DNA from: Felis catus
Lineage: Eukaryota
Direction of reading: 5' to 3'
Assembly: GCF_018350175.1 (NCBI RefSeq)
Contig: NC_058368.1
Span: 99,450,001 to 99,514,000, forward strand
DNA: 64,000 bases
Shown here piece by piece: positions 11,955 through 25,242 of the stretch. Each line of letters begins with the position of its first letter. Position 1 is the first letter of the stretch. Position numbers and translations under genes: made by a program. Below the pieces are notes generated by a model. It ran no database searches. It saw only the letters and a program-made list of their open reading frames with translations, and had not been told where the DNA came from.

Positions 11955-14556
11955 GTCCCTCTCTCTCAAAAGTAAATAAACATTAGAAAATTAAAAAAAA
12001 AAAAAAGGAAAAAAATCCATGCATGTTCAACATGGTGTGAGCCCAGTGTATTAAAAAACAAAACAAAACAAAACAAAAAAAAAAAAACCCAAAAAACTGT
12101 ATAGTGTTTCTTTTCTGAATTCCATTCACTTTGCAGTCTTCCCTGTAACTTCCTCTTCGGTGAGATTACACTTGTCATTCAGCCAAAAACTTAGAGGAAT
12201 AATTAACTTGCTTGCTGTACACTTCTGTGATTATGTCTGTGTCTGGCATGGAGTAAAGGAAGAAGGGAAAGTGAGGAAAAATAAAACAATGTGGAATGGC
12301 CCTGCCCTCTTGGAACTGTGGTTTCACTGAATGAAGAAGAAAGTTTCTATTCCTTAATTTTGAGCCTCGTGTAGTTACCATTAGCTTCTGCTGCCCCCAT
12401 GGAGATGGGCTGGTGAGTTGGGCACTGAGAGAACAGAGAAAGGAAAACACACAATAAAAGGTCTCTATCCATCCCTCACTGAGCATTAGGAGTTCCTTTT
12501 GTTTCCTCAAGAGAGTATCTCGGAGAGCTATGTATGTGCCGCTGTACCGACTGTGGTTTCTGTTCTCGAGTTCAGGCTACAGAATGTTGGGGGCACTGAG
12601 AACACTGGTAACTCTGTTAACTGCTCAGTGATACTTCAAATTTGGTGTTTTTCCTCAGTCTGCCTGCTACTATTTCTTTTCATAGTCTTCCAACAGCTGT
12701 TCTCCGCAGTCCTTTCAGGTTTAATAATTGGATTCATTGGCAGAGAGCAGATGGAGTATGGTTACTCAGTATTACCCAGAACCAGAATGGATACAAATAT
12801 ATTTATGTTCACAGAAATGTCGAGAATCCATGATTCAGACACTGCAGAGTTAGATTGTGGTATCAAGGAAAGTTGGGTGTTATTTTTTGTTTTGTTTTGT
12901 TTTTAAATAATCTTGTACTATGGTGAAAAATGTTTCTTTGGCATGTGTTCATTCAGTTGGTAAAAACTACCTGTGGTATACTGTTTGCCAAAATGACCTT
13001 GATTATTCTTCTTGTATTCACTTTCCATGAAATTAATGTATAGATGGTCTTGCCATGGTATAGAGACTGTTTTTCTATCCCTTCAATTTGTTTGCCCCTG
13101 AGATTTTCTTGGATACATAGGGTCTGGCACAAGTGATAATGTGCTCGTGTGAGCCTAAGCGTTAAGATGTCTGTCATGTTTTTGCCTTTTTTGACTGAAA
13201 GTATATGCGTGAGTCCAGTTTGAGACCAGCTCGAATTGCTGACCTGAAGAACTAGATCCAAATAAATTGTTGTACTTCTGAGTCTAAATAAGGTAGAATT
13301 ATAGAGCAATACCATAGTGAACTGTAATAGGTACATACACCTGTAATTATAAGAATTTGGGACTTTCAGACTTGACCCTTTCCCCATCAGGTGACCTATG
13401 CTTTGACTAAATAATTCAGTGTTTTGGGAAATGGTATAAATTGGGACAGGTAGAGTTCCATGTGGTCCCATAAACAAAAATACTTTGTGACATCTTCATA
13501 TTTGCACATCTTTTTGTCCTACACCAGATTGACTATTCTGCAAAGTAAAATAAATTTCCTTTTCTCCAAGGCTCGGATTGCCAAAAAAAATCTAAAAGTG
13601 ACTAATTTTACTCGCTTTAATGGATCAATCTTATTATGCTGTGTTGCTTTTCTGCTCAGTTCAGTGGAGTCGCCAATTAAAATAACAGGTTCAAGCAGAT
13701 GGGCTTTGAGGTGATGAGAGGTCATTTTCCTGTGTCAAGGAATAACGAAAGGAACCACATTAAAGCAGTTTAGTAAGAAGTCATTTCAAAGAGCTCATAC
13801 TTCAAATTGAAGTGTGTTCTCCAGCGTTACTCATTTATAACTTTTTAGTATATTGCATTAGTTATCAATTAAATTCAACATTCTGTCTCTTGTGGAATTT
13901 TATTTCTTTTGGGCACGTGTAGCTCCAAAAAAATAGACTTGCTTCCTTGAAACACGTGTTTTTACAATTAATGAAATGTTTCTTCATTTTGAAGATTTCT
14001 GGGCACAGTTGTTGGACTCTTGGTAACTGGCATAACATTTGACCTCATTCTAATTTGCAGAACATAATTGGAGCTGAGGGATATCATTATTCATAATACT
14101 TTTCTAATTGTATCAAAAAAGAGATAACCTTTGAATCAAGAATGACATTCAAAGAAAACTGGCTGTTCCTTCTCTTAAATGTGGATAAATCAGGACCACT
14201 TTTTGCTAATTTTTCTGCTACTAATACTTTATCTATAAAATATGCATATGGTCTCAGTGTTAGTCTTGAAAGTAGGGAAAGTATTGACCTACATATGTTG
14301 GATGTTTGGTAAAATAGACCCTTCATAAATTTATGAGCTTTTTTTTCACATTAATGTTCTCATATTGAGTTAAATTTGGAGACTGGAAAAAGAGTGTAAG
14401 TTTTTGGCACATGTTATTGCTAAGGTGAATTGCTTTCCTAAAATTTGGTTAAGTTCTTAGACTCATGTCTATTTCTGAGATGAGTCCCTTGAAAACCAAT
14501 CAAAAAGTGTTTTCAGGACCAGAATTTATTGCAATATATAGCAATAAATTTAGTCT

Positions 14557-14558
<2 letters not shown>

Positions 14559-14604
<46 letters not shown>

Positions 14605-14682
14605 TATGGTACATATATATTATATATAATATATATTATATATATATTATAAAATTTAGTGTGTGTGTGTATATACACACAC
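14559..14682. repeat. (CA)n-(TA)n-(TG)n compound microsatellite
   Basis: Direct reading: ~22 CA units, an AT-alternating block, then a TG/CA palindrome. Confidence 0.95.
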
Positions 14683-14746
14683 CACAATTGCCATTTTATT
14701 TGTAGCCTTAGAGACTTAATATATTATACTGCATAATTTAAAAATA

Positions 14747-14812
14747 TAACCCTTAAAGAAAGAGTGACCTCTCATGAAGTAACCCTTAAAGAAAGAGTGA
14801 CCTCTCATGAAG
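14747..14812. repeat. Perfect 33-bp tandem duplication
   Basis: TAACCCTTAAAGAAAGAGTGACCTCTCATGAAG x2. Confidence 0.97.
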
Positions 14813-15189
14813 CAGGATGCTTAGTTTTGCAATCAACTTATTTAAATTCTGTAGCTCTTAGATTATTATAAATAAAATGAAGATCAATCTGTTTTTCCCA
14901 ATTCTGAGATTTTATAACTGATGAACTCTTCTAAGAAAATTACTGATAGATTTATTGCTCTCATTTGTGGCTCTTGTTTGTGAAAGAATTGAAAACACCT
15001 AAAAGCTAGCTATTGATCAGAGGTTTATTAAAAAGAACAGCTACTGTTTAAGGATTTCTTTCTGTAATAAGTTAGAAAAATGTGCATGTGATTATATTTA
15101 ATCATCAGAAAATCAATTTGTGGTTCTGAGAGTTGATGTAACTTGTTCTTGGTAAACAGCTAATGTTTGGAAGAACAGGAATTATAATT

Positions 15190-15417
15190 TGGGCACCTGA
15201 GTGGTCAAGTCAGTTAAGCATTCGGCTTCAGCTCAGGTCATGATATCTCGGTTCTTGGGTGTAAGCCGCTCATTGGGCTCTGAGCTGACAGGCAGAGCCT
15301 GGAGACTGCTTCAAATTCTGGTGCTCCCTCTCTGTCTCTGCCCCTCTCCGTCTAGTACTCACTCTCACTCTCTCTGTCTCTCTCAAAAATAAATAAACCT
15401 TCAAAAGAAAAAAAGAA
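15190..15417 (+). mobile_element. CanSINE
   Basis: Head, CT tract and A tail; TSD-like AATTATAA. Confidence 0.9.
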
Positions 15418-15454
15418 ATTATAACCCATGATTATCTTATACCATGTCTACTGT

Positions 15455-17570
15455 GCTATTTTTTATTGAGATACAGTTAATACACAACATTTGAGTTATA
15501 GGTGTACAACATAACGATTTGGACTTTGTGTATAATGCACAATGATCACAATAAGTCTAGTCAATATCTGTTACATTCTCAACTTTCGCATATGCAGTAC
15601 ATATTAAGTGTAGTCAGTGTTACATAGTACATCCACCTGACTAATCCCTGAAAGTTTCTAGTTTCCAACCCTTTAGTGCATTCCCTACAACCTTTTACTG
15701 GTAACCGCCAAACTGTTGTCTGTATCTATGAATTCAGTTTGCCGTTGTTTTTGTTTTTGTTTTGTTTTTAAGATTACACATACAAGCGAGACCTTAAAGT
15801 ATTGGCTTCTTTCTGTCTTTGCTTAATTCCCCTTAGGAAACAGCAGTGGCTGTAAAAGTACTCAAGGTCCATCCTGATGTTGAAAATTCTTTCTCATGGC
15901 TGAATAATAGTCTATTGTGCATTTGTCTGTATGTATACATAGTATATAGAGAGACGCACATTTTCTTTTTCCATTGCTTCCTTGATAGAGTTTGTTTGCA
16001 TGTCTTGACTATTGTAAATGATGGCAAAATGAACACAGGGGGTGCATACATGTTTTTGAGGTTTTTTTGGTGTTTTCATTCTCTTTGGGTAAATACCCAG
16101 AACTGTAATTGCTGGTTCACATGATCATTTTTCATTTTTTGAGCAACCTCCGTAGGGTTTGCCATAATGGCAACACCAAATGACATTCACAGCAACAATG
16201 CACAAAGGTTTCATTTGCTGTACATCCTCATGAACACTTCTTAGTTTTTCATCTTTTTGATAATGGCCTTTTTTTTAAGTTCTATTTATTTAAGTACTCT
16301 CTACACTCAACATGGGTCACCTGATAATGGTATCTCTAACAAGTATGAGGGGACCTCTCATTGTAGTTTTGACTTATATTTCCCTGATTATCAGCTGCAT
16401 TGAGGACCTATCATGCATCTGTTGACCATCTGTATGTCTTCTGTGGAAAATGTGTATTTGGATCCTCTGGCCGTCTTTTAACCTGATTTTTTCCCACATA
16501 TCTGTGGATTTTGGATATTGGCTTTTTGTTGGATATGATTTGCAATTCCATAAGTTGCCTTTTAATTTTCTCAATGGTTTCCTTTGTTGTACAAGAAGAT
16601 TTTTAGTTGGATACAATTTCACTTGTTTGGCTTTTGTTGCTTTTGCATTTGGGGGTCAAATATAGAAAATCTTAAGCAACACAAATGTCAAATAGCTTTC
16701 CACCTACGTTTTCTTCCAGGAGGAAGGTTTCAGGTTGTACTTTCAAGCCATTCATCCATTTCAAGTTAATTTTTGTGTGTAAGGTGGGGGTTCAGTTTCA
16801 TTCTTTTGATGATAGTTTTCCAGTTCTGCCAACACTATATTCAAGATATTGGCCTTTCCCCCTTATATAATTGGCACTCCTTATTTGTTTTTGTTTAAAA
16901 ATTTTTTTTTAATGTTTGTTTTTGAAGGAGAGAGTGACAGAGCATGAGTGGGGGAAGGGAAGAGAGACAGGGAGACACAGAATCTGAAGCAGGCTCCAGG
17001 CTCTGAGCTGTCAGCACAGAGACTAACTCAGGTCTCAAACTCACAATCCGTGAGATCATGACCTAAGTGGAAGTCAGATGCCCAACCGACTGGGACTGGG
17101 CCACCCAGGCGCCACAGTATTTTCCTGTTTTTGATGCTACTATGAATATGAATGTTTTTTTTTTCCTTAGATTTTTCATTGTTAGTGCTCCAAAATGAAA
17201 CTAATAGGTTTGTTGATTCTGTATCTTGCACTTTTACTGAATTACTTCATTGGTTCTACCAGCTTTTTGGTAGCGTTTTTGGAAATTTCTCTATATAAGA
17301 TTACATCATAAAATTCGGGTGTTTTTTATTCCCCTTATCCTATTGCTCTGGCTAGGACTTTGCGTACTGTGTTGAATGAGAATAGTGAAAATACGCACCC
17401 TTATTTTGTTCTTGATCTCTGAGGAAAAGCTTTTAACACTTTACAGTGAAGTGTGATCCGAGCTGTGGGTTTGTCATACATGTCCTTAATTATGTTGAAG
17501 TAGGTCCCTTGCATCCCAAATGTCTAAACTTTTTTTATAATAAAAACATGTTGAGTTTTGTTAAATGTGG
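15455..17570 (-). mobile_element. L1 3' part (ORF2 C-terminus and 3'UTR), decayed, with nested SINE 16900-17113(-)
   Basis: Antisense L1 3'UTR and ORF2 text (GGGTAAATACCCAG, TCCCTGATTATCAG, TTGCTCTGGCTAGGACTT); tiny SINE-tail insert 16267-16321 with TSD TGATAATGG. Confidence 0.85.
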
Positions 17571-19159
17571 AGAAAGATGAGATTCAGGATAAAGTAACAA
17601 GTGAGTTGAAATAAAACAGCTCAAAATTAGCATTATTTTTTCCTTTAAAAAGTGTTTGAAGTGCAGAGATGTTTGGCTGATAATGAAAAATATCCCAGCA
17701 AGACTTGGCTAACTCTGTTCCACACATAGCTAAAAATATAATTACCAGAAATACCACATTAAGTTTGGCTTCAACTAGATTTTTTTTTTATTCCTCTTCA
17801 CAAAGAGATTTCAGAAAAGCTCATTAATTGGGTTAGGAAAGAGTATTTTTAGAGCCACACATTCTACGGAGTCGTAAGGATTATGATCACAATTCTTCTC
17901 TTCAGAGCTCAGTAGAACATGAAGTATTTCTTAGAAATAGGTTCTATTTGTGCATGTGTTAGGAGATGGCAGGCAAAATGTTGAAGTGTCAGTGTTGTCC
18001 TTAACATATCTAATGGTTCCTCTAATAACTGCAACATGTGGATTTTTTTTTTTTTAAATTTTTGGGCATGTCCTTTGCCCTCCAAGTATATAATCAGACT
18101 CTTGGCTGGATATCCTAGTAGTCTCGGATTATCTTGGCTGCATTGTCAATTGTAACCGATGAGGTGTTAGGAAATATGGCAGACTTGGCGGAAGACTGAA
18201 CTGTGTGTATGTGTAGGTGATGTGTCTTTGTTATGTAACACAAAATACCAAGAACTTTAAATTTGGATACCTGCCAGTTCTTGTGGCCAACTTTTCTACA
18301 AGCCTTAATAAATAGTGCGAGAGCCATCTTTACCAATGTTCATTCCCCCTACTTGATATAAGTGCTAGGTATGCCCTTGGAAGAGTAATGCTATAATGAA
18401 TTGTTAAGTGTATAATAAGAGTTGAGGCAGTTGGGTTCCCAAAGAATGACTTTTAAAGCCTGGGGCCCCATAGAAGATGGGCGTTTTGGTCTTCCATAGA
18501 TGAGTCAGTGACTATGCTGCAGGGATATGGAAAAAAGCATCTGTTCCCTGAAGATTAAAAATAAGGATCCCAAAAATGCATGTACACATTACTGCCTTAA
18601 GATTGAGGCAACAGTATTGAGGTGATGACTTTGTAATGGGATGCGAAGCACAATGTTTATTGGCAGAATATAGTGTAACTACAGAATTGGAGAACAGCCC
18701 TAAATAGTGGCTGTGGTTGGAAAGAAACATGGTGGCCAAAGTGAACTACTTTGTGGTTTTGTGTCCGTTAGTGAGGCATAGTGTGGCACGCGTCTCCGTG
18801 AATCCCATAGTCCAAGAGCAAGGAGAATTTGAACAGGCAAACCAAATAGGGCTTGTTGGGGGATGAGGCAAACCATTAAGCACACTGAGTAATGTAAGGA
18901 CATAACCATATTTGCCCTCTTTATTCTCAAAAACTTCTTCGCTGTCATCCTAAATAGAGGAAGTCATTCTGTGATTAGGAATACATTTAAAGAAAGCTTT
19001 ATATACAATTTGAGATGGGAGTTTTAAAATAAACTAGAGTAGGAAAGTACAATGAAAAGTATTTTAGCAACTTAAAACTAACAGCAACTCAAGAGAATTG
19101 TACTGAGAATTCAATGAAGAAGTGATTATCAAAATGGAATCCATGTGTGGAATGGAGGA

Positions 19160-19391
19160 TTTATTTTATTTTATTTTATTTTATTTATTTTATTTATGTT
19201 TATTTTTTTGGGAGAGAGACAGAGTATGAGTGAGGGAGGGGCAGAGAGAGAGGGAGACACAGAATTCGAAGTAGGCTGCATGCTCTGAGCTGTCAGCACA
19301 GAGCCTGATGTGGGGCTCCAACTCACAAACCGTGAGATCATGACCTGAGCTGAAGTAGGACGCTTAACTGACTGAACCTCCCAGGCACCCC
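19160..19391 (-). mobile_element. Feline CanSINE
   Basis: Full body with (TTTTA)n tail; TSD GAGGAT. Confidence 0.92.
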
Positions 19392-19420
19392 GAGGATACA
19401 TTTTAAATAGAAATATATAG

Positions 19421-19608
19421 AGGCACCTGAGTGGCTTAGTTGGGTAAGCATCTGACTCATGATTTCAGCTCAGGTCATGATCTCATAGTAGATTCAGGCT
19501 CTGCACTGGATTCTGCATTGACAGCGTGGAACCTACTTGGGATTCTCCCTCTCTTTCTGACCCTCCCCTGCTGACGTTTGTGGTCTCTCAAAATGAACAT
19601 TAAAAAAA
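19421..19608 (+). mobile_element. CanSINE
   Basis: Head AGGCACCTGAGTGGCTTAG; TSD AGAAAT(A/G)TATA. Confidence 0.88.
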
Positions 19609-20024
19609 CAGAAATGTATAAAATCTTGTTTATCCTTAAATGATTTGGAATTCCTTCTCAACTCCATTAATCTAAAATTGTGGATAAATACTAAGGTGCA
19701 TAGTTAAACCAAATGAGAAAATGTGTTCATGGTATTATGTAAAGTGAGAACAGAGTACTTTACCATGGGTATTAGTAAAACTAAAATTATAAAGTATAAG
19801 GAAATTCTTCACATAACATGTTGGTTTAAGAATCAAAGAAAATGAGAAAAAAAATTCCAACTGAGTAATAGGAAAATAAACCATATCAACCTGAATTAGT
19901 GACAGCAAAAGGTTGTTTAGATAGATGTTGATAGCATTAAATGTTTATAACAGAAAGGAAAAATGATTTCAAATCACTCCACCAGGCAACTAGGAATATT
20001 ACAGTGACACAATGTCCAAGTATG

Positions 20025-20252
20025 GGGGCGCCTGGGTGGCGCAGTCGGTTAAGCGCCCGACTTCAGCCAGGTCACGATCTTGCGGTCCGTGAGTTCGAGC
20101 CCCGCGTCGGGCTCTGGGCTGATGGCTCAGAGCCTGGAGCCTGTTTCCAATTCTGTGTCTCCCTCTCTCTCTGCCCTTCCCCCGTTCATGCTCTGTCTCT
20201 CTCTGTCCCAAAAATAAATAAACGTTGGAAAAAAAAATTAAAAAAAAAAAAA
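20025..20252 (+). mobile_element. Young SINEC_Fc
   Basis: GGGGCGCCTGGGTGGCGCAGTCGGTTAAGCG...CAGCCAGGTCACGATC...GGGCTGATGG; intact CpGs; perfect TSD ACAATGTCCAAGTATG; inserted in an old plus-strand L1 (~19700-20810). Confidence 0.96.
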
Positions 20253-20607
20253 ACAATGTCCAAGTATGTCCACAAAACTGAAATAGTAAAGAAGACAACA
20301 AACGAGAAAAACGGGCAAACAATTGAGAAAATAAAGCCCAAGGCTGATTTATTCAAAAGATTAATAAATTGCATAAAATCTAAGCTAAACTGGTCAAGAA
20401 AAAAAATCAGGAAAGAAATCAGTAGCACCAAGAATGAAAGAAAAGATACCAATGCACATCTTACTAACTTAAAAACAGTAATCTGAGGATAGTAGAAAGT
20501 GTGCCAACAAAAATTAGAGGTAATGATAAAACTAGCGAAAGACACAGACTTGAGAAGAAGCAAGTAAATTGAGTAGTTCTGTTATCTATTAAGGAAATTG
20601 AATTTTC

Positions 20608-20790
20608 AGGGGCGCCTGGGTGTCCGACTTTGGCTCAGGTCAATGATCTCACAGTTCGTGGGTTCAAGCCTGTGCTGAATGCTTGCTCAGAGCCTGGAGC
20701 CTGTTTTAGATTCTGTGTCTCCTCTCTCTGTCCATCCTCCACTCATGCTCTGTCTCATTCTGTCTCTCAAAAATAAATAAATGTAAACAA
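20608..20790 (+). mobile_element. CanSINE (internally deleted)
   Basis: GGGGCGCCTGGG head, CT tract and tail; TSD-like ATTGAATTTT. Confidence 0.88.
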
Positions 20791-21339
20791 AAACTATTGA
20801 ATTTTTAGCTTAGAGGTAGTATGGGCTGAATTTGCCCCCCCTAACATTCACAGGTTCAAATAGTAATCTCCTCAGAGGTCATTTTCCACAGAGGATTTCC
20901 TCTCCAAAATGTATTCTATTGTCACTTATATCCCCTGGTGAAAATCCTTTGTCTGAAACAGAACCTGAGGACTCACAGGTTACCCACATACAGTAGAAAA
21001 CTGTCAAGCTGGCTTCAAAGAAGCCTCCCCGGGTCTCTTTCTTGAAATAAAGCTTAATCTGTTGTTTTGAAGTCTCTGGTAGGGTCAAGTTAAAATGCCA
21101 TTTACCCTAGAAAATTCATTACACTGGGAGGAAGGCAACATTTAAATCCATTCTGAGGAAATGGGAACTAAATATGACTCCTAATGGGCATGTTGCTTGC
21201 TTTTCAGATAAGGTCACTGGATTCACTTATTATTCAGGATGGGGGGGGGTGGGGCATAGGTTTCCTACCTGAAGCACCCTGACCCACCCTGTAATTAAAA
21301 GGGATTATTTTCTATTAATTGCTGATGTACATATGTATG

Positions 21340-21530
21340 TATGTAATTATGAGAAGGTGCACACAGGAGCAAGATGGGGAAGGACAGAGGGAGAGGGAGA
21401 GAGAGAATCTGAAGCAGGTTTCACACCCAGTGAAAAGCCCAACACAGGGCTAGATCCCAAGACCATGAGATCATGACCTGAGCTGAAATCAAGAGCCAGA
21501 CGGTTATCCTACTGAGCTACCCAGGCACCC
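21340..21530 (-). mobile_element. CanSINE
   Basis: TGAGATCATGACCTGAGCTGAAATCAAGAG...CCCAGGCACCC. Confidence 0.88.
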
Positions 21531-21729
21531 GTGTCAATCTCTGTATTATGTCAGAAGATCAGAAAAGACTGTTGTTTTCCTCCTAACGTTTAGTGGTGGT
21601 GGCCACACTGTGTTATACAATAACATGAAAAGCCAGATGCCAGAGTGTTCAAAATGTATCCAAAGTTGCCACATGGAGACTATAGTATGCAAATTAATAT
21701 TCAGAGTATCTTTTGCAAATCCTGATAAC

Positions 21730-21890
21730 TAACAATTATTTAGGTTTTTAGCATGTGCTAGAGACTATTCTAAATGAGTTATGTGTACAGTCACATTCCA
21801 GGTAGATAAAATTTTTATGTGTATTTTACATAATAAACGGAGGTACAGGAAGGTTGAGAAATTTGATGAAGATCTCACAAAGTGTAGAGG
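21730..21890 (-). mobile_element. MIR relic
   Basis: ATTTTACATAATAAACGGAGGTACAGGAAGGTTGAGAAATTTG resembles the antisense MIR core. Confidence 0.55.
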
Positions 21891-23643
21891 ATCCATAATT
21901 GAAAACGAAGCCTCTGAGAATTCTATCCTCCATTACGGAAATAAAATAAGTGGGAGGTATCTGTTACCTTTATATAATTATTTAGCATAGTCTAACTTTC
22001 TATTAGCAAGAAATTAACCAGAACATAATGAAGTCTGAGAATGCCAGTTTCTACAGGAAATGATGCCATGAGTGGTTAGCCACATAGTGAATGTTGTATA
22101 TCTGCTATTCTCTGAAGTGGGGGAGAATGTTGGGACTTAGACACCAACCCAAGCCAAGTAAAATGGGCTCAAATAAAATTTCCTACAGCCCTCATGTCTG
22201 GATTCTTCTACCTCTGTTACAGGCTAGACGGCTTTCCCTAATACTCCCTTCTCGGTGTCATGAGCCCAGAGTAGCATTTGGTGAGGGAGTTGTCAGGAAT
22301 ACCTGAAAGAGGTTTTGTGGATTTGAGAACACAGGTGAACAGAGAGGCTGGATCCTACTATCTCCCCAACAAACTTTCTGTAACCCCAAAAATGAGACAA
22401 AAGGATTACGTTTTCAGCTCCCATGGAGATATTTTACAGAGAAAATGGTGGAGTACATGAAATCAACTAGTTGGGCCTTACTGGGTCTAATCTTCCTAAA
22501 TTTCCCCCTGGGAATTTCCTTCATTGAGTCCCAGTTTCTTAACTACTCCTTTGTGAGAAGTTCACATAACTGTTGGACTAGGTATATTTTCCCAGGGGCA
22601 ATCGAATGTCTATCCGTGCATTATAAACAAAGTGGAGTGTGTGTCTCAGGGTCACAAAATCTCTCTTGAGGCCTTGGGAAGGAATTCAACTCTATCAGCC
22701 TTGAAGCCACTTTGACATATTCTTTCCAAAACTCTAATTTGTGTGCATGTAAATCATGTGATATTTAAAGAGGTGATTAAAAGTGAGTGATTTCATATTA
22801 TGATTGCTATTCCTATCAGGAAAGCTTTCTAAAAGATACCAGATGTGAATTAAACTCTTCAAGGGATATCAGTGTTGTTTCTTGGTCTGTCGCGTGATAA
22901 AATGTCAAAAGGAAGATAAGGAAACAAATTGGTTAAGACGGTATATTTGGCATGATGGAACATGGAGGTTTTATCTCCATGAACAGATTAGATCAAATTG
23001 GATCTTAAAATTCTGATTTAATTTGACCTGCCTTGCCTGTCTACAGGCAGATTGTTACGAATTGGAATATTCAGTGCCATATAAAAAAAGATAGAGCAAA
23101 ACGTTCTTACTTTGGTTCCAAGGTATGATCAATAATTTTCCTTTAGGCGCCTTCTGCCTTTCAAAACCAAATCCCTCAGCTTGGCATTGTGCCATGGGTA
23201 CGCCTAATCAAAAAAAAAAAAAAATTCAGTCAGATAAAATGCTATTACCACTTGTTTTCCTCTGATACTTAGCTTATCAGAAATAACAAGTATTTTTCTC
23301 CTGAGTACACTGTCATCCCACCTGGGAATATCTGGGAAGGTATTTTCATTATTTAAAATTACAGCAGTGCAAATATAATCTCCAAATTGGGACTATCATC
23401 TTAGATTCTCTCAAAATTTTATTGATATTTTTAAAAAAGCAATAATGATTAAAGATAGAAAGAGGTTTGATTTTTTATGAATTAAAAGCTGGCTATCAAA
23501 TATGTCTGACAAGGAATTGTACACATGTTTAAGTGTGTCTTAAATCAGAAAAACATGATCTCAAGTAATGATAATTGTTTCTGGGAGTCCATTAAAATAC
23601 AAAGGTGGCCTAGGGTATATACATATATTGATACATGAGAATA

Positions 23644-23870
23644 TTTTTTTATGTTTATTTATTTTGAGAGAGAAAGAGATTGTGCACACACAAATACATG
23701 CACAAGTAGGGGAGGGGCAGACAGAAAGGGAGAGAAAGAAAATCCCAAGCAGGCTCTGCACTGAAAGCACAGAGCCCAATGTGGGGATCTATCTCAGGAA
23801 CCGTGAGATCATGACTTGAGCCCAAAACTACCAGTCAGGTACTTGAACCTACTGAGCCTCCCAGGTGCTC
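23644..23870 (-). mobile_element. CanSINE
   Basis: Antisense body with T-tail and degenerate TSD. Confidence 0.9.
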
Positions 23871-24302
23871 TGACACTTGTGAAGATTTTAAAGAAAAAGA
23901 TCTTTAGGAAGCAAAAGACCTTTATTACACTCAATTTCCTCCCAAATTATATCTCACTGTGATAGCACAGTTCAACAGACTCAGTGTAAATAACTTGTCC
24001 ATGAGTAGGAATGTGTGGAAGATAAATTGTTTTCGTAATTCTTAAATATGTTTGAAAAGAAGCATTCATTGCTCTAGATGCCATTTGAAATTGGTTGTTC
24101 ACAGTTTCAATCTATACCTAGGGTTTTGGATATCACGAAGTCAAGAGAGGAAAAACAATTCCCTGTTTATATTTAGAGTTTGGCAATTTTTCTTATACAG
24201 AGATACTTGTCTGCAGCTCATCTGTATGTTCACCAGGGAAAAAAGGATGTTGCAGACTTTTTTGCTTGGAGGATTTCAAATAATCATCTAAATAGATTAA
24301 TT

Positions 24303-24520
24303 GGGGCTCAGTCTGGGTGGCTTAGCCTGCTAATCATCTGACTGTTGATTTTGGCTCAGGTCATGATCTCATGGTTCATGGGATCCAGCCCTGCGTTGGG
24401 CTACGTGCTATCAGCACAGAGCCTACTTGAGATTTTCTTTCCCATTCTCTCTCTCTTCCTTCCCTGCATGCATTCTCTCTCTCTCAAAATTCAAATAAAT
24501 AAATAAATAAAATTAATTAA
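24303..24520 (+). mobile_element. CanSINE
   Basis: Head, GGCTCAGGTCATGATCTC, CT tract, (AAAT)n tail. Confidence 0.88.
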
Positions 24521-25242
24521 TAAATAATAACAGCAAAAGAAAAAAATGATTTACACTTATATAACTGTGAAGTAAATTTCATTTGAGTGGTATATTTTTC
24601 TTGAAACACCAAGCAAGATATATTGTCTGCACTGTGTTGTACTCTGAGGTGACTTAAAGCTTTTCTAGAAACACATGGTACTTTGGTCTTCATTGAATAA
24701 AGATAATTCTTGAAAACATACAGGATATGTGCTCCCTGTTCATGTAATTCATACATGTACATGGTTTTTGTTTTGCATTAAATTGAAGAGAAATTTCCAC
24801 TGAATATGACAGCAGGTTGTTTTCATGAGCAAAGTAGAAAGGTAGAATGTGCAGAGAACTTGCCAGAAAAGTTCCTTAGATCCAGACCAAGTCACTAAAC
24901 TGACTCAGAGGTAGGATGACTGAAATGCTGTTTTTGTGTGCTAAATTATTATGTACCTAGTTGTTGTATTAAACATAAGTATTTTTATGAACAGAATTGA
25001 CAGAAGATACATAACAGGTAAATAGGTGAACAGTGGGGAAGGACCCCTGTTTTGTGCAATGTGTTAAGTCAGTCTGATGCTACAATTCCTTAGAGTGAGT
25101 AGTTGAAAAAGTCTTACTATTTTCTGTATGCTCGCCAATTGATTGAATACTCTCCTAATGGGTATCCATTGAGGTAATACTGGTATTTCTTACCATAAAA
25201 TATGTGTTGGTTATAATAGGAGATTTCCCTTCTCTGAGTGAT

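Larger units (their letters stand above)
7760..12790 (-). mobile_element. Old fragmented L1M (ORF2 start/ORF1/5'UTR relics) hosting younger L1 and SINE insertions
   Basis: T-rich antisense L1-like text throughout; nested SINEs at ~8322-8530(-), 10217-10378(+), 11045-11254(-) and 11703-12015(+). Confidence 0.55.

Noticed and set aside
14747..14812. 33-bp direct repeat of CRISPR-like length
   Set aside because: Only two adjacent copies with no spacers, in mammalian DNA; a simple tandem duplication
19941..20486. 181-aa ORF, the longest in the track
   Set aside because: It reads through a SINEC_Fc and decayed L1 sequence; the peptide (GAPGWRSRLS...PGACFQFCVSLSLCPSP) is the standard SINE translation
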